This document shows, piece after piece, positions 42,399 to 53,351 of a stretch of DNA of 64,000 nucleotides; position 1 is the stretch's first letter, and each line of letters starts with the position of its first letter. The stretch spans positions 10,657 through 74,656 of the forward strand of contig CAWJQW010000009.1 of NCBI GenBank assembly GCA_963845135.1. The letters are read 5' to 3'. Position numbers and translations under genes: made by a program. Under the pieces are notes generated by a model, which saw only the letters and a program-made list of their open reading frames with translations, searched no databases and had not been told where the DNA came from. The stretch is from an uncultured Gammaproteobacteria bacterium. GTDB taxonomy: Bacteria > Pseudomonadota > Gammaproteobacteria > Pseudomonadales > Halieaceae.

Positions 42399-43158
42399 CT
42401 TCAGTGTCCTCATTTACCAGCAGCACTTCGGACTCCATAAATCGGCCGGTGGGTAAAGTCACCAGTCCCTGGGTCGATTCAAGCACTACAGCGGTGCTCA
42501 GCATCTCAATAATCTTACCCTCGGTGCCGTTGACACGGATAGTGTCGCCGACCCGGTAACGGTCAAGAGCACGCCGTGCGAGCAGGTTTTCCACTAACTG
42601 CCGGCTACCCAGGGCGAATGCCAGCGACAAACCACCAAAGAAAAAAGCCAAAAGTATGACCATGACGTCGGAGATGAATGATATATCGATCGCGGTCTGT
42701 GCGAGTCCCGTCAGTACTGCGGCAGTAATGACCAGTAACTGCGCAAAACGGGGCACCAGGTGATCGGAGCTGATGCCCATTATTCCCGCCAGCAGGCTAC
42801 GAACAACGATTCCGATCAGGTAACCGGAGAGGATGATGAGACCGCCCAGGATCAGCTGCGGCACGTACTGAAGCAGCAGCGACAGCCACTCCTTCACTAC
42901 GGAAATACTAAGGGTATGCAATGACGCCAGCAGGAATATTAGCAACGTACCGTAATACACCATCCCACGGAGCACTTGTCGGAGTAACCGTAGGTCAATG
43001 TTTTCCAGACGAGTGGGCGCCCGTCGACGCAGGTAATCTTCCAGGATGAGAAGCCATCGCTCTACTATTCGACCTAAAAGGCCGGCAAACAGGAAGCCGC
43101 TGATGGCAATAATAATCGCCAGAATTTCCGGTTGATCGTTGAGCAGTTCAGACACCAT
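42379..43158 (-). CDS. Mechanosensitive channel-like protein (TM-helix repeat, truncated MscS)
   Basis: Five TM segments, LAFALGSRQLVENLLA, YRVGDTIRV. Confidence 0.78.
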   Translation of the reverse strand: MVSELLNDQPEILAIIIAISGFLFAGLLGRIVERWLLILEDYLRRRAPTRLENIDLRLLRQVLRGMVYYGTLLIFLLASLHTLSISVVKEWLSLLLQYVPQLILGGLIILSGYLIGIVVRSLLAGIMGISSDHLVPRFAQLLVITAAVLTGLAQTAIDISFISDVMVILLAFFFGGLSLAFALGSRQLVENLLARRALDRYRVGDTIRVNGTEGKIIEMLSTAVVLESTQGLVTLPTGRFMESEVLLVNEDTEDDPASA

Positions 43159-43222
43159 ATCTTGACCTACCTCTTCGGGGCTCTCCCCATGTTAGTGTTC
43201 GCCGCCGCCCGATACCAGACCA

Positions 43223-43801
43223 TCATAATCGTCTTTTATCACGGATGGCATTACGCCCCTTAATACTCTTGGGTGGTGGTGATGGCGGCGGCGGGAACAA
43301 TTTCTGCGGAAATACATCATTGCCGTTATCAAGCTTAATCACCGGTTTCTGCAGAATGAGCGTGTTCGGGTACGTGATTATATTGCCTGACTCAGTGCGG
43401 ATCAGGACATGAAATAGACTTATCTCCTCCACCGTACCAGACAGATCAAAGTCGGCGTCCGTCACCTTTATACGGTCGCCTACTCGATAGGGAAAACCAA
43501 AAAAGATGACCATGCTCGCGGTAATGTTACTCAGAATTGACCACTGCGCGAACAGCGCAACACCTACCACAGCGAAAACTGAAGACAGAAACAGTGATAT
43601 TTCACTGTAACCCAGACCCAGTATCAGACAAACAGCGAACACAAATATCACAAACATGGAAATATTGGCCGTCTTGGCAAGGTACTTTATCCTGACTTGT
43701 GTAACCTCCTTGCTTTCGCCCAGGCGATGAATCGCAATACTCACCGCTCTGGCAACAAAAAACCAGATCACCGCACCCACCACAATAGACAGAATCTTCA
43801 T
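43223..43801 (-). CDS. Small MscS family protein
   Basis: GVALFAQWSILSNITAS, PYRVGDRIKV, ITYPN. Confidence 0.85.
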   Translation of the reverse strand: MKILSIVVGAVIWFFVARAVSIAIHRLGESKEVTQVRIKYLAKTANISMFVIFVFAVCLILGLGYSEISLFLSSVFAVVGVALFAQWSILSNITASMVIFFGFPYRVGDRIKVTDADFDLSGTVEEISLFHVLIRTESGNIITYPNTLILQKPVIKLDNGNDVFPQKLFPPPPSPPPKSIKGRNAIRDKRRL

Positions 43802-43852
43802 AAAACAACCTGCATAGTCATTAGTACCTCTTCGATTTCAGCGCACAAAAGT

Positions 43853-44834
43853 TCAGCCGAGCGCAACCCGTTGCGTCATATAGCCGAGGTAAAGCAAGAC
43901 AAAAAGCAAACCCATTCTTCGTCCCATGTGCGCTTTTCCAAAATAGAAAACAGCGATAATTGCAATGGCAAAAAGAAGCGATAAAGAAACATCCACCAGG
44001 CCACCCTCAGGGACTGGCAGTGGCAGCAGCAGTGCACTTATCGGCAGCACGAAAAGGCTGTTGAAGAGATTGGACCCCACCACATTGCCCACGCAGAGGT
44101 CCGACTCATTCTTCACAGCGGCTACTACGGAGGTAACCAGCTCGGGCAAGCTGGTACCAATTGCGACGACGGCCAAGCCAATCACCACCGGGGAGACACC
44201 AACAGACGTGGCCAAGGCGGAACCATGGACGATAGTTAATTGCCCACCTATGCCCAGGCACACGATACCTGCCGCAAGATAAAGCCAATGGGCTACTGTG
44301 CTAATCTCTGGAGGATCGGGCAAGGCCGCTTTCAGTTCACGCATATTCTCTATCAGCGCGTCCTGCCGGGTGCGAAGAAAGTCGCTCAAGCATGATGTAG
44401 AAAAACACGGTGAAGAGCAGCAACAGCACCATGCCGTCCGATCGACTCACTATCGCGCTGGCACCCTCAAAGGGCCCATCCAACATCATCACCATCAGGA
44501 TCAAGGTAGCCAGCAACAGTAAGGGGAGCTCACGGCGCACCAGCAGGCCCTCTATGGTCACCGGTTTTATCAGGGCTGCAAGACCCAGAACCAGGCCAAG
44601 ATTCGCCAAATTAGACCCTGCGACATTGCCAAACGCCAGCTCGGTTTCTCCGCGCAGAGCCCCCACCACATTCACCATCAGTTCAGGCGCGCTGGTACCG
44701 AAAGCCATCACCGTCAGACCCACCACCAGCGGTGGCACTCCATAGCGACTGGCTATACCCGATGCGCCGGCCACTAATGCGGTGCCTCCCGCCAGTAATA
44801 GCGCAATTCCAGCGAGCAGCATGAGGAATGTCAT
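43853..44834 (-). CDS. Calcium/sodium antiporter (CaCA, YrbG-like; frameshift near 44390)
   Basis: Alpha repeats AFGTSAPE...GNVAGSN and AIGTSLPE...GNVVGSN. Confidence 0.9.
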
Positions 44835-45086
44835 ACGGGTTTGACCATAAGATTGAATACCTTCTGCAAGCCGTGCCCAGTGTCATAATCTGACCAGGCC
44901 ACCTGTAATTGCAGGCAGAGATCACCCAGAGGAAAAACCACTGCCCTACTCCTCTCGCAGCCCAGGACCCAAGTCAGTCAGGACTATACCATGGTATCAA
45001 TGTGCCGAACGTTAGCGCTACAATTACTGCCTATTCCCCCGGCTCGCAAAGCTTACCGTTATTAGTCTCATGCATGGAGTGACATC

Positions 45087-46142
45087 ATGAATCTGGACAC
45101 GCTGGTCTGGTGCGGCATCGCGCTTTGCCTTACACAGTCCGCTATATTTTCCGGGCTTAATATTGCTTTTTTCAGCCTCAGTCGCCTGCAACTCGAAGTA
45201 GAGAGCAAACGCGGCAATGTTAATGCCGAGACCATACTCAGCTTGCGCGAGGATTCGAACTTTCTCCTGGCGACAGTGCTATGGGGCAACGTATCGATCA
45301 ATGTACTGCTGACTCTACTGTCCGACTCAGTGATGCTGGGTCTCAATGCATTCCTGTTCTCGACTATCGCTATTACCTTCTTCGGGGAAATATTTCCCCA
45401 GGCCTATTTCTCGCGCAACGCCCTGCGAGTTGCCTCTGCCCTTGCGCCGGTGATTCGCCTTTATCAGATCCTGCTATTCCCTGTGACCCGGCCCACTGCC
45501 AAACTTCTTGACGCATGGCTGGGCAAGGAAGGTATTACCTATTTTCGGGAGAAGGAATTAAAAGCGATGATCCACGCTCATGTGGAAGCTGAGGAGGCGG
45601 AAGTAGAACATGTGGAAGGTATTGGCGCTCTCAATTTCCTCGGCATCGACGATATCCTGATCACCGAGGAAGGCGAAACGCTTAACCCCAGCAGTATGAT
45701 TACCCGTCCGGTAACCCTGGACCTTCCACTTCTGCCGCAGAAGGGAAGTCAGGACTTCGAGGACTTCTTGCGGCAGGCCCATGCTTCGGGCTTGAAATGG
45801 GTCGTGTTGGTCAACGACGAACAAGAGCCTCTTCTGGTAATGGATGCAGACGGTTTCCTGCGCGCGGCGCTGCTCGACAACGACCCGGTCGACGCCTACC
45901 GATTCTGTCATCGCCCGCTAATCGTGGAAGACACGAAAACCACGCTTGCAATGGCGATGAAACTACTCAAGAACTCGCAGGAATCCTGTAACAGCTCTGA
46001 CGATGTGCTGGACGAGGATGTAATTCTGGTCTGGGTGGAAGGCGATCGTAGGGTGATTACTGGCGCTGATATCCTGGGGCGATTACTGCGCGGGATCGGA
46101 GATAGCCAGCCTGTTATTGTCTCAGCGCCGCAGCCGTCCTGA
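45087..46142 (+). CDS. CNNM/DUF21 domain protein
   Basis: FSGLNIAFFSL, LATVLWGNVSINVLL, FFGEIFPQ, degenerate CBS pair. Confidence 0.85.
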   Translation: MNLDTLVWCGIALCLTQSAIFSGLNIAFFSLSRLQLEVESKRGNVNAETILSLREDSNFLLATVLWGNVSINVLLTLLSDSVMLGLNAFLFSTIAITFFGEIFPQAYFSRNALRVASALAPVIRLYQILLFPVTRPTAKLLDAWLGKEGITYFREKELKAMIHAHVEAEEAEVEHVEGIGALNFLGIDDILITEEGETLNPSSMITRPVTLDLPLLPQKGSQDFEDFLRQAHASGLKWVVLVNDEQEPLLVMDADGFLRAALLDNDPVDAYRFCHRPLIVEDTKTTLAMAMKLLKNSQESCNSSDDVLDEDVILVWVEGDRRVITGADILGRLLRGIGDSQPVIVSAPQPS

Positions 46143-46171
46143 CAGGCGCTGCGCGAACGCCATAATTGACA

Positions 46172-47077
46172 TCATCTTGCAGGAAAACCGTCCTGAAGCG
46201 CATGGATCAGAAATTTTGCTATCCGTTCACTTGACGCATAAACCACACCCTGGTGATTCATAAAGGTCGAACCCTTGCGATTGAGTTCCAACGACTCACC
46301 CTGGATATTGCTGGCCCAGCCCCCCGCCTCACCGACGATACAAACGGTAGCAGCGAAATCCCAAATGCTACCGCCGCCCTCTCCAGACCTGGGCAGCTTT
46401 ACATAGCAGGCTGCGAGGTAGTCCAAAATCTGGCAGGCATTTTTCACGGCACCGCTGCCATAGACCATTTCAACGCCATCCAGACGTGAATCCCGGGCGC
46501 ACTGGTCCAGGATATAGAGTATGTCAGCGTAGTTTTCATGCGCCTTTAAGCTTACGTCTGCAAATGTAACCAACCTGGTAGATGCAGATGTTGCCCGGGT
46601 GATGGGGACGTAATCTCGATAAGCGCCCTGCCCCTTGATGGCGTGCGTCAACGTGGCGTCCACAGGATCGTATACAACACCAATCAGGGGCACGCCTGAT
46701 TGCTCGACCAGCGCGATTGAAACCGCATAGCCGGGGCGACCCTCCACAAAAGGCAGGGTGCCATCGAGCGGATCTACGCACCAGTGATAGGGCTTTAGCA
46801 AGCGCGCTGGAATCACACCGGGTACATTCTGTGACGATTCTTCTCCAACGAACGCAATATCCCACTGCTCAGACGGGGCCTGCAGGCACTGGCGGATGAT
46901 GGCTTCGCTGCGCACATCCACCTCGGTCACAAGCTGGGATGCAGTGCTACTGCCGGCATCTTTGAACTGTCGCTGCAATCTGCTGCGGTCCGCACTTTGC
47001 ACAAACTGACCCGCCTCCAGCGCAGCGTGGATGGCCACATCACACAACTGCTGTAAAGGCAGGGCTGCGTAAGTCAT
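46172..47077 (-). CDS. Inositol monophosphatase/CysQ family phosphatase
   Basis: VTEVD, GEE, VDPLDGT, IWDFAA. Confidence 0.88.
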   Translation of the reverse strand: MTYAALPLQQLCDVAIHAALEAGQFVQSADRSRLQRQFKDAGSSTASQLVTEVDVRSEAIIRQCLQAPSEQWDIAFVGEESSQNVPGVIPARLLKPYHWCVDPLDGTLPFVEGRPGYAVSIALVEQSGVPLIGVVYDPVDATLTHAIKGQGAYRDYVPITRATSASTRLVTFADVSLKAHENYADILYILDQCARDSRLDGVEMVYGSGAVKNACQILDYLAACYVKLPRSGEGGGSIWDFAATVCIVGEAGGWASNIQGESLELNRKGSTFMNHQGVVYASSERIAKFLIHALQDGFPAR

Positions 47078-48057
47078 GATTGCAATCTCTCGACAACCCT
47101 GCGGGTGAGTCGCTCACTGTAACTGTTGATTTTCCAGTGGCCGGGGCTCCAGCCCTTGAGAAAGCGGTGAAAGTCCGCCCAGGCTACGTCAAAGAGTCCT
47201 CGCCACTCGTTTTCCAGCTCGCTCGTATCAACACCGGGTTGTTTCTCGTTAACACGCTGACGCAGGCCGGAAAAGTAATAATCCAGCAACTGTCTTTCCA
47301 TCGCTTCGCATTCGTCTTCACGCAAACAGCTGCCCACAAAGTAGGCGACGTCCTTCATGCCGCAGCCTCGACCCACGTACTGGAAGTCCACCGCTGCGAC
47401 GCCGGGTATCGGGGAATCGCCGGTGAAACAGAAATTGGCCAACTTGGCGTCACCGTGGACAAAGGTTTGATGGCGACACTGGCGCAATTGCTGATCAATC
47501 AGCGAAGCGGCTTCGCGCAGGCCAACATCCTCAAGGGCGGCCAATTCATCCGGACGGGTATCGAGGTGCCAATAGCTACCGCACTCCCACAGCCCGTCCG
47601 CCTGGCTATTGAGGAACGTCGCATGAAAACTCGCCAGCCAGTCCAGGCACGCATGTATGTCCCCGATCGCCACATTCTCTTTCCTGCGATCGAAACCGGC
47701 AGCATCCAGGTCCTCCAACACCAGTACGGTCTCACCCTCTACAACATTGACAGCCAGGCAGCCTGGCACCGGACAATCACTGTCGCATTGATGCGCGTAG
47801 TGCTGATACCAGCTAGCCTCCACCTGGTATGAGCGGATTTTACGATTGTGGGAACGTGCCGTATTCCAACCACGGGGATGGCTATCCGCTTCAGGGAGTT
47901 GGATGTGCTTGAGAATCACCGACGGACAGGATCCACCTTCCAACTCAAGGCGAACGATTTCGCCGTAGCCATTCCAGAGCGACTGAATAACCCTGGTGCT
48001 GCTAATCGTCTGCGCACCCGTTGCTGTAAGGACTGTGTTAGTGATCGCTGTATGCAT
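47074..48057 (-). CDS. Aminoglycoside/choline kinase-like phosphotransferase
   Basis: [26 protein letters not shown]; ATGA overlap with the phosphatase. Confidence 0.85.
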   Translation of the reverse strand: MHTAITNTVLTATGAQTISSTRVIQSLWNGYGEIVRLELEGGSCPSVILKHIQLPEADSHPRGWNTARSHNRKIRSYQVEASWYQHYAHQCDSDCPVPGCLAVNVVEGETVLVLEDLDAAGFDRRKENVAIGDIHACLDWLASFHATFLNSQADGLWECGSYWHLDTRPDELAALEDVGLREAASLIDQQLRQCRHQTFVHGDAKLANFCFTGDSPIPGVAAVDFQYVGRGCGMKDVAYFVGSCLREDECEAMERQLLDYYFSGLRQRVNEKQPGVDTSELENEWRGLFDVAWADFHRFLKGWSPGHWKINSYSERLTRRVVERLQS

Positions 48058-48177
48058 GACACCAATATAACGGTGAATCCACAAATGTTCAGCTCAATCT
48101 CCGGAGCAAGTCATCGTAAATAAAAATCAGGAGGCTGCTGGTCGACAAAGCATTTTGATAGATTCAGGCGCCGCTTT

Positions 48178-49629
48178 TCATTTACGCCTGTCCACGTGAC
48201 GGTTAAGTATGCGTTCCGCCTCCTGCCTTACCAGAGGTTGCTTGCGCATGGCCCACAAACGGTCACGCGCGGCCTGGTAGCTGGTGACGCAATCTACAAT
48301 GGGGTCGGGATAATCGCAGGTCCAGCTCATACGCTCAATGGGCGTCGCCTCCCAGGGGGCGTGTATCAGGTGATTTGGCGCGTCGCGCAGTTCAGGCAGC
48401 CACTGACGCAGGAATTCGCCCTCCGGGTCGTGGTCGCGGGACTGCTTTACCGGGTTGTAGATACGAATGGTATTCGCGCCAGTGACGCTGGCCTGCATTT
48501 GTAGCTGCGCGTAGTGAATACCCGGCTCAAAATCGAGAAACAGCGACGCGAGGTGCGTAGCCGCATCCAGCCAGTGCTGCCAGAGATGGTGGCAAAAAAA
48601 ACTGACCAGCATCGCCCGTGAGCGAAAGTTGATGTACCCCGTTTCGGCGAGGCAACGCATATTCGCATCGATGATCGGGTAGCCCGTGCGGCCCTCGCGC
48701 CAGGCCGCTTGCAGGTCTTGATCGGCAGGACGTTGCAGCGCCTCGTAGCCGCGGTTAATGTCCTCAAATTCCATCCTGCATTCCATTTCAAACTTCTGGA
48801 TAAAATGGCAGTGCCAGTGCAGGCGTGATTCAAAGGCGGCCATAGGCCTGTCCCACCCGAAGCGCTGGCGATTGGCTTCGAGTGCCTGGTAGACCTGGCG
48901 TATGGATAGGTTGCCCCAGGCAAGATAAGGTGAGAGGCGCGAGCAATGAACGCGGCTGCCCAGGGGCTTGGAGACAAACTGCTGGTAGCCTCGACCGCGC
49001 TCGGCAAAGAAACTGGCGAGGCACTCCGCAGCGGCGCCAGGCCCGCCCGGTTGCAAACGGGAATCAGCATCGGCCCAGGGCGCGTTTTCCCTGCGCAGCA
49101 ACAAACGTCCGAGATCGCCCGACAGATCCAGGTGCGCGGGCTGAAGCGCACTCAGCTCAGGCTGTGCCTGCGGTGCGCACATGATCTCGCGCCATTGTCG
49201 GTTCCAGCCTTTACGGTTAAGCCTGCCTCGCTGCACCCCATTGCTTGGACTCTCATGCCAGGCAATGCCGTTGGCGGCGGTGAATCGGGCCACGGCCTTG
49301 TCGCGGTCAAACGTGGATCGCAGGCCAGTCTCTTCATGGCTATAGAGGGCAGTTATCTCGCACGCGGCATGCAGCCTGTGCAGCAGGTCCAGCATATCGC
49401 CCTGGAACACGTGGACACGACACTGGTACTGGCGGAGCTGGGCGTTTATATCCCGAAGCGACTCGCCAACGAAACGCCTGTGGCGGTCTGAGTAGTGCGG
49501 GTCATTCATCAGCTCGGGCTCAAAGCAGTAGAGCATCAGCACAGGACGACCAGCCTTTATCGCATCTGCCAACGGTTGGTGATCCTGCAGCCGCAGGTCG
49601 CGTTTGAACCAAACCAGCGAGATACTCAT
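48178..49629 (-). CDS. Cryptochrome/DNA photolyase family protein
   Basis: [39 protein letters not shown]. Confidence 0.92.
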   Translation of the reverse strand: MSISLVWFKRDLRLQDHQPLADAIKAGRPVLMLYCFEPELMNDPHYSDRHRRFVGESLRDINAQLRQYQCRVHVFQGDMLDLLHRLHAACEITALYSHEETGLRSTFDRDKAVARFTAANGIAWHESPSNGVQRGRLNRKGWNRQWREIMCAPQAQPELSALQPAHLDLSGDLGRLLLRRENAPWADADSRLQPGGPGAAAECLASFFAERGRGYQQFVSKPLGSRVHCSRLSPYLAWGNLSIRQVYQALEANRQRFGWDRPMAAFESRLHWHCHFIQKFEMECRMEFEDINRGYEALQRPADQDLQAAWREGRTGYPIIDANMRCLAETGYINFRSRAMLVSFFCHHLWQHWLDAATHLASLFLDFEPGIHYAQLQMQASVTGANTIRIYNPVKQSRDHDPEGEFLRQWLPELRDAPNHLIHAPWEATPIERMSWTCDYPDPIVDCVTSYQAARDRLWAMRKQPLVRQEAERILNRHVDRRK

Positions 49630-49635
49630 ACCGGA

Positions 49636-50520
49636 CTATCCCTCTGGCCAGACCACCGCTTCTGCGGAATCAAGCCGATACAGCGCGAGATCACCCTGAC
49701 GCAAAATGCCGCGCAGAATTCGATGTGTGTCCCGATCGAACATGAACGTGTTGTCCTGCCGTTCACAGCGTGCTGCCTCCAAAGAGGAATAGGCGCCCAG
49801 GTACATCCAATTGTGCAGCAGATGCCATTGCTCAACCGGTTGACAGGCCAACGGCTCCACGGCGCGCTCGTGTAGCACCAGTGGCTCCGTGGACGGCCAT
49901 GCCGACAGCTGTCTGGATGCCAGTGCCTGCTGCAGCCGCGCACCGTGGTCGGCCAGGGATTCACTGCCCTCGCACACGCCACGGCAGCGTCCAATCTGCC
50001 TTTGAAAACACGGGCCTTTGCCGCTTTCCAGACCCAGCATAATGGGGCACAGCGCCTCTGCGCGCGCAAGCGTATCCAGCGCTCTGCGGGCCGCGAAGCG
50101 ACTGGCATAGTAGCCGTAAGCACTGCGTATGTCCGGATTGTCCAGGGTGAAGCAACTCAGCACAGGGCGCACGGAGCCAGAATCATCAGGCTCCAGGACG
50201 ATAGACCACATTCGCCGGACTGCGCGCTGGCGGCGGTTAAAGGTCGGCATCTGTTGTTTGATTGCGGCGTTCTCCAGTAACAGCGCACTCGCCTCGCCTG
50301 CGGTGGGCTCACAGTCAATCCGTCGCGTGGCATGTAGTAACCTCCGCTGACGCTTTGTCTGACTGGATTCGGCAAAATGGCTGCGCACCCGGTTACGCAT
50401 GTTGATGCTCTTACCGACGTAAAGCACCTGGTCGTACTGGTCGAGAAAGCGATACACCCCGGGACAGGCCGGTGGCGTCTCTGCCGGCTCATCGGCGAGG
50501 GTATAATGAAGCGAGTGCAT
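49636..50520 (-). CDS. cho: GIY-YIG endonuclease, Cho/UvrC N-terminal-like
   Basis: PGVYRF...LYVGKSINMRNRVRSHF, ALLLENAAIK...PTFN, CFQRQIGRCRGVC. Confidence 0.8.
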   Translation of the reverse strand: MHSLHYTLADEPAETPPACPGVYRFLDQYDQVLYVGKSINMRNRVRSHFAESSQTKRQRRLLHATRRIDCEPTAGEASALLLENAAIKQQMPTFNRRQRAVRRMWSIVLEPDDSGSVRPVLSCFTLDNPDIRSAYGYYASRFAARRALDTLARAEALCPIMLGLESGKGPCFQRQIGRCRGVCEGSESLADHGARLQQALASRQLSAWPSTEPLVLHERAVEPLACQPVEQWHLLHNWMYLGAYSSLEAARCERQDNTFMFDRDTHRILRGILRQGDLALYRLDSAEAVVWPEG

Positions 50521-50900
50521 TGGGTGGCTTGGCTTCTCGGGTTCTCGAAGAGCTAGGCTTATGGTTTTACTACGCCCGCCGGCTTTGATTGGACTTACGC
50601 GATGGGTACGCTTCACGCCCACTCAAACAGGCTGATTGACCAGTGTTGAAGCACCGGGAGTGCGACCAGGGGTTTCAGGCGCATGGTGATGGCGCGCACG
50701 AGAGATTTATGAGTGCCCTGCATACCCGGATGGGCAACAATAATAGGCAAGATCTTGGGATTTTGGGCGAGGGACTGCCTTCTGGAAGTTGCTTTCCCTG
50801 ATGGACCACTGGCCCAGTTGCGGCGTCAGTTAGCCTCCGCGCCATGGCTAAGGCGATGAAGATGCTATTATCATGGGGTCTGCCCAGCGAGAATCAAGCC

Positions 50901-52141
50901 ATGTCCATAGATTGTAGAACCCGTCGCCTCTGTGAGCGAGTGCACCTGGAGAGAGACGCTGTCTTTGATTCCTTGATCCCCGAAGCACTGCGCAACATGC
51001 TGAACTCGCCGGACGCGGCCTTTGCTACAAGTCTCTGCCCCACCTTACGCTGGAGGTGAATGGCCGCTGCGTTACCCTACGTGAAAGCCATGGTGCGCTG
51101 CACATCGAGGAGGGAGATACGTCCGATAGCGCTGCAGTCAGCCTGGGCAGCGATGCGCTTTCGGACCTCGTGCAGGACTGGTCAAGTACCATGGGGCTCG
51201 CCATGAACTCACGGGTAAGGATGACCCGCGGCAATTTTGATGACTGGATCGGATGGGAGCCGGTATTTCGCGCGCTTTTCGACGGTCGGCCGGTCCATGA
51301 AGCCGGTGCTGTCACTGTCGTCGACAGGGATGGCAATGACCTGGACCTCAGTCGCAGTTTTGAACTCAATGACGATCGCGACGAAATCTCACACTTCCTG
51401 CACGAGGCCGGTTTTTTGCACCTGCGTGGCGTGTTTACGGAAGAGGAAATGGCGGTCGTATCCGCAGACCTCGATAGTGCGCTGGCAAGGGCAGAACCCG
51501 ATGACGGAGCATCCTGGTGGGCGGGGGATTCGCAGGGCGTGCAGCAAGCGGTGCGCGTCCTGTTCTTTCATGAGCAGTCAGCTGCGCTGGCTGAACTGCT
51601 CAGGGACTCGCGACTGGGATGGCTGGCAAATATCACCGGGGACAATCTCGTTGGCAGTGTGGAAGGTTCCGGCTGGATGGGCGCTGAAGGCCTGATCAAA
51701 CCCCTGGATATCAAGACCGGTCTGTCAGACCTTCCGTGGCACAAGGATTGCGGCCAGGGTCGCCACTCCTACTATTGCAACGGCCTTACCATTGGCATTT
51801 CCGTCACCGGCGCAGACGAGCGCAGCGGTGCACTGGGGGTCGTGCCGGGCTCACACCGGGCCAATGTACAAACTGCGCGGAGGGACCCAAGCCTGGACTT
51901 GCCGGCGATCAAGCTGGTCACACAAACCGGTGACCTGACAGTCCACTGCAGTGATACGCTCCACCGCGCGTATCCGCCCATAGACCGGCCGCGCAAGGTT
52001 GTTTACACGGGTTTGCAGCAGCCACTAATGCAGGGTGACTTCATCGAAGAGGTGCCGGTGGAACAGCAGCGTGCGACGCGGGCCAGGCTGACGAACGTGC
52101 GCGACCGCATCGCCGGCGCAGCGGGGCAGGACAGCTTATAA
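50901..52141 (+). CDS. PhyH family dioxygenase with an N-terminal extension (frameshift near 50997)
   Basis: PWHKD, PGSH, TLHRA; N-terminus MSIDCRTRR in ORF 50844-51059 joins the main frame. Confidence 0.78.
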
Positions 52142-52184
52142 ACTGTGATATTCACTCCGCGAGGGTAACCGCAGTAAGGAAGAT

Positions 52185-52260
52185 ATTTACCGCTAAACCG
52201 CCAACAGTCGGCTCTGCAGCAAGGTCTCCATGTCTCTGCGGCCATCTGCAATCAGTAAGA
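52185..52260. repeat. 76-bp direct repeat, copy 1 (3' end of the toxin gene)
   Basis: ATTTACCGCTAAACCGCCAACAGTCGG...TAAGA, also present at 56163-56238 with 3 mismatches. Confidence 0.9.
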
Positions 52261-52519
52261 CGTAGACATCCTTGTGCCGAATCGTATAGATGATTCGATA
52301 AGGTTTGAAAAAAACCTGGCGATAGTCGTTTAGCCCTAGCGCCAGCAGTTCTCTGGGGCGGTTGCCTCGCTCGGGTGATTCGGATAGACGCTGCAGGACG
52401 GCTTCAATTTTATTCAGGACGTAATCCGCTTTCTCGGCGGAATCGCCTGTCGCAAGATATTCGTCAAGTTCTTCGAGATCCCTCACTGCATCCCGGGTGA
52501 GGAAAACCTGGTAGCTCAT
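52193..52519 (-). CDS. Type II toxin, RelE/ParE family
   Basis: AVRDLEELDEY, PERG, YRQVFFKPYRIIY, IADGRRD. Confidence 0.9.
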   Translation of the reverse strand: MSYQVFLTRDAVRDLEELDEYLATGDSAEKADYVLNKIEAVLQRLSESPERGNRPRELLALGLNDYRQVFFKPYRIIYTIRHKDVYVLLIADGRRDMETLLQSRLLAV

Positions 52520-52794
52520 TCCGGGTCAGTGCGACGGGCTCTTATCTGCCCTATGGCCGCCGATACCTCGACTACTTGCCCAGTCTCGATCTGTTGCTGA
52601 CCCAGGGCAAGGATCTTGAGAAGTGCGAGAGTCTGCTGAGTCTTCTCATAGCTCTCGATATCCTGCACCACCATTTTCGCTTCACCGTTTTGTGTGATGA
52701 TCATCGGTTCGCGTTGTTCCTGCAACTGATTGACTACATCTGATGCATTAGCCTTGAGATAGGAGATGGGTTTGATATTGGTAGAGGGCTTCAT
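52516..52794 (-). CDS. Type II antitoxin, Phd/YefM family
   Basis: IKPISYLKANAS, PMIITQNGEAKMVV; ATGA overlap with the toxin. Confidence 0.9.
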   Translation of the reverse strand: MKPSTNIKPISYLKANASDVVNQLQEQREPMIITQNGEAKMVVQDIESYEKTQQTLALLKILALGQQQIETGQVVEVSAAIGQIRARRTDPE

Positions 52795-52833
52795 TTTGCA
52801 CTGGTCTCGTGGGCAGCGGTATGCGGAAGACTG

Positions 52834-52853
52834 AATATGGTCCTAATATGGTC
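52834..52853. promoter_or_regulatory. Candidate operator of TA pair 1
   Basis: AATATGGTC twice with an 11-bp period, about 40 bp upstream of the antitoxin start. Confidence 0.45.
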
Positions 52854-53084
52854 TTGTACTGTCGGTCCGTCAAGTGATTAATAGAGACACATTTATTCTC
52901 CGTTGGGACCGCTGGGCGCCGTTACCCTGCTACCCGGCCGGGCGATACTGCGAATTACTGCGAGAAAGGTCAGCGCCGCGCCCACCAGAGCAGGCGAACT
53001 GTCGCTGCCGTGGGCAAGGCCATGTATCCGGATTTAACACCCGATGTCACCGGCGTCATTGCGCGCTTTATCTCGCAGACTGTA

Positions 53085-53107
53085 TGGCGGAGAGCGAGGG
53101 GTTCGAA
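53085..53107 (-). other. tRNA (Ser-like) 3'-end remnant, att-like site
   Basis: Minus strand TTCGAACCCCTCGCTCTCCGCCA = T-loop, T-stem, acceptor strand and CCA; no 5' half is present. Confidence 0.7.
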
Positions 53108-53308
53108 ACTTCACAGGGTGAATCTGACGCCACCAGATGCCCTCCAATGCTCTTAAAATCAAAGACTTAAAAAACTGGGGTGGGCATTTGGCGGCCTTAA
53201 AGGGCGGGCAGATGGCCCCATGGTGGCCTCATAGTTAAAATCTGCTGGTGCGCCCCGACATGACTCTCTGTTGCTTTCAAGCCTACTCCATGCTAGACAT
53301 GCGTAAAT

Positions 53309-53341
53309 TACGGAATATACGGAATATACGGAATATACGGA
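53309..53341 (+). repeat. 9-bp tandem repeat (TACGGAATA)x3.7, candidate operator of TA pair 2
   Basis: Directly abuts the GGAG RBS of the antitoxin gene. Confidence 0.8.
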
Positions 53342-53351
53342 GTTTCACCCT

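Noticed and set aside
53309-53341. Tandem repeat as a CRISPR array or iterons
   Set aside because: 9-bp units with no spacers, and no cas or rep genes nearby
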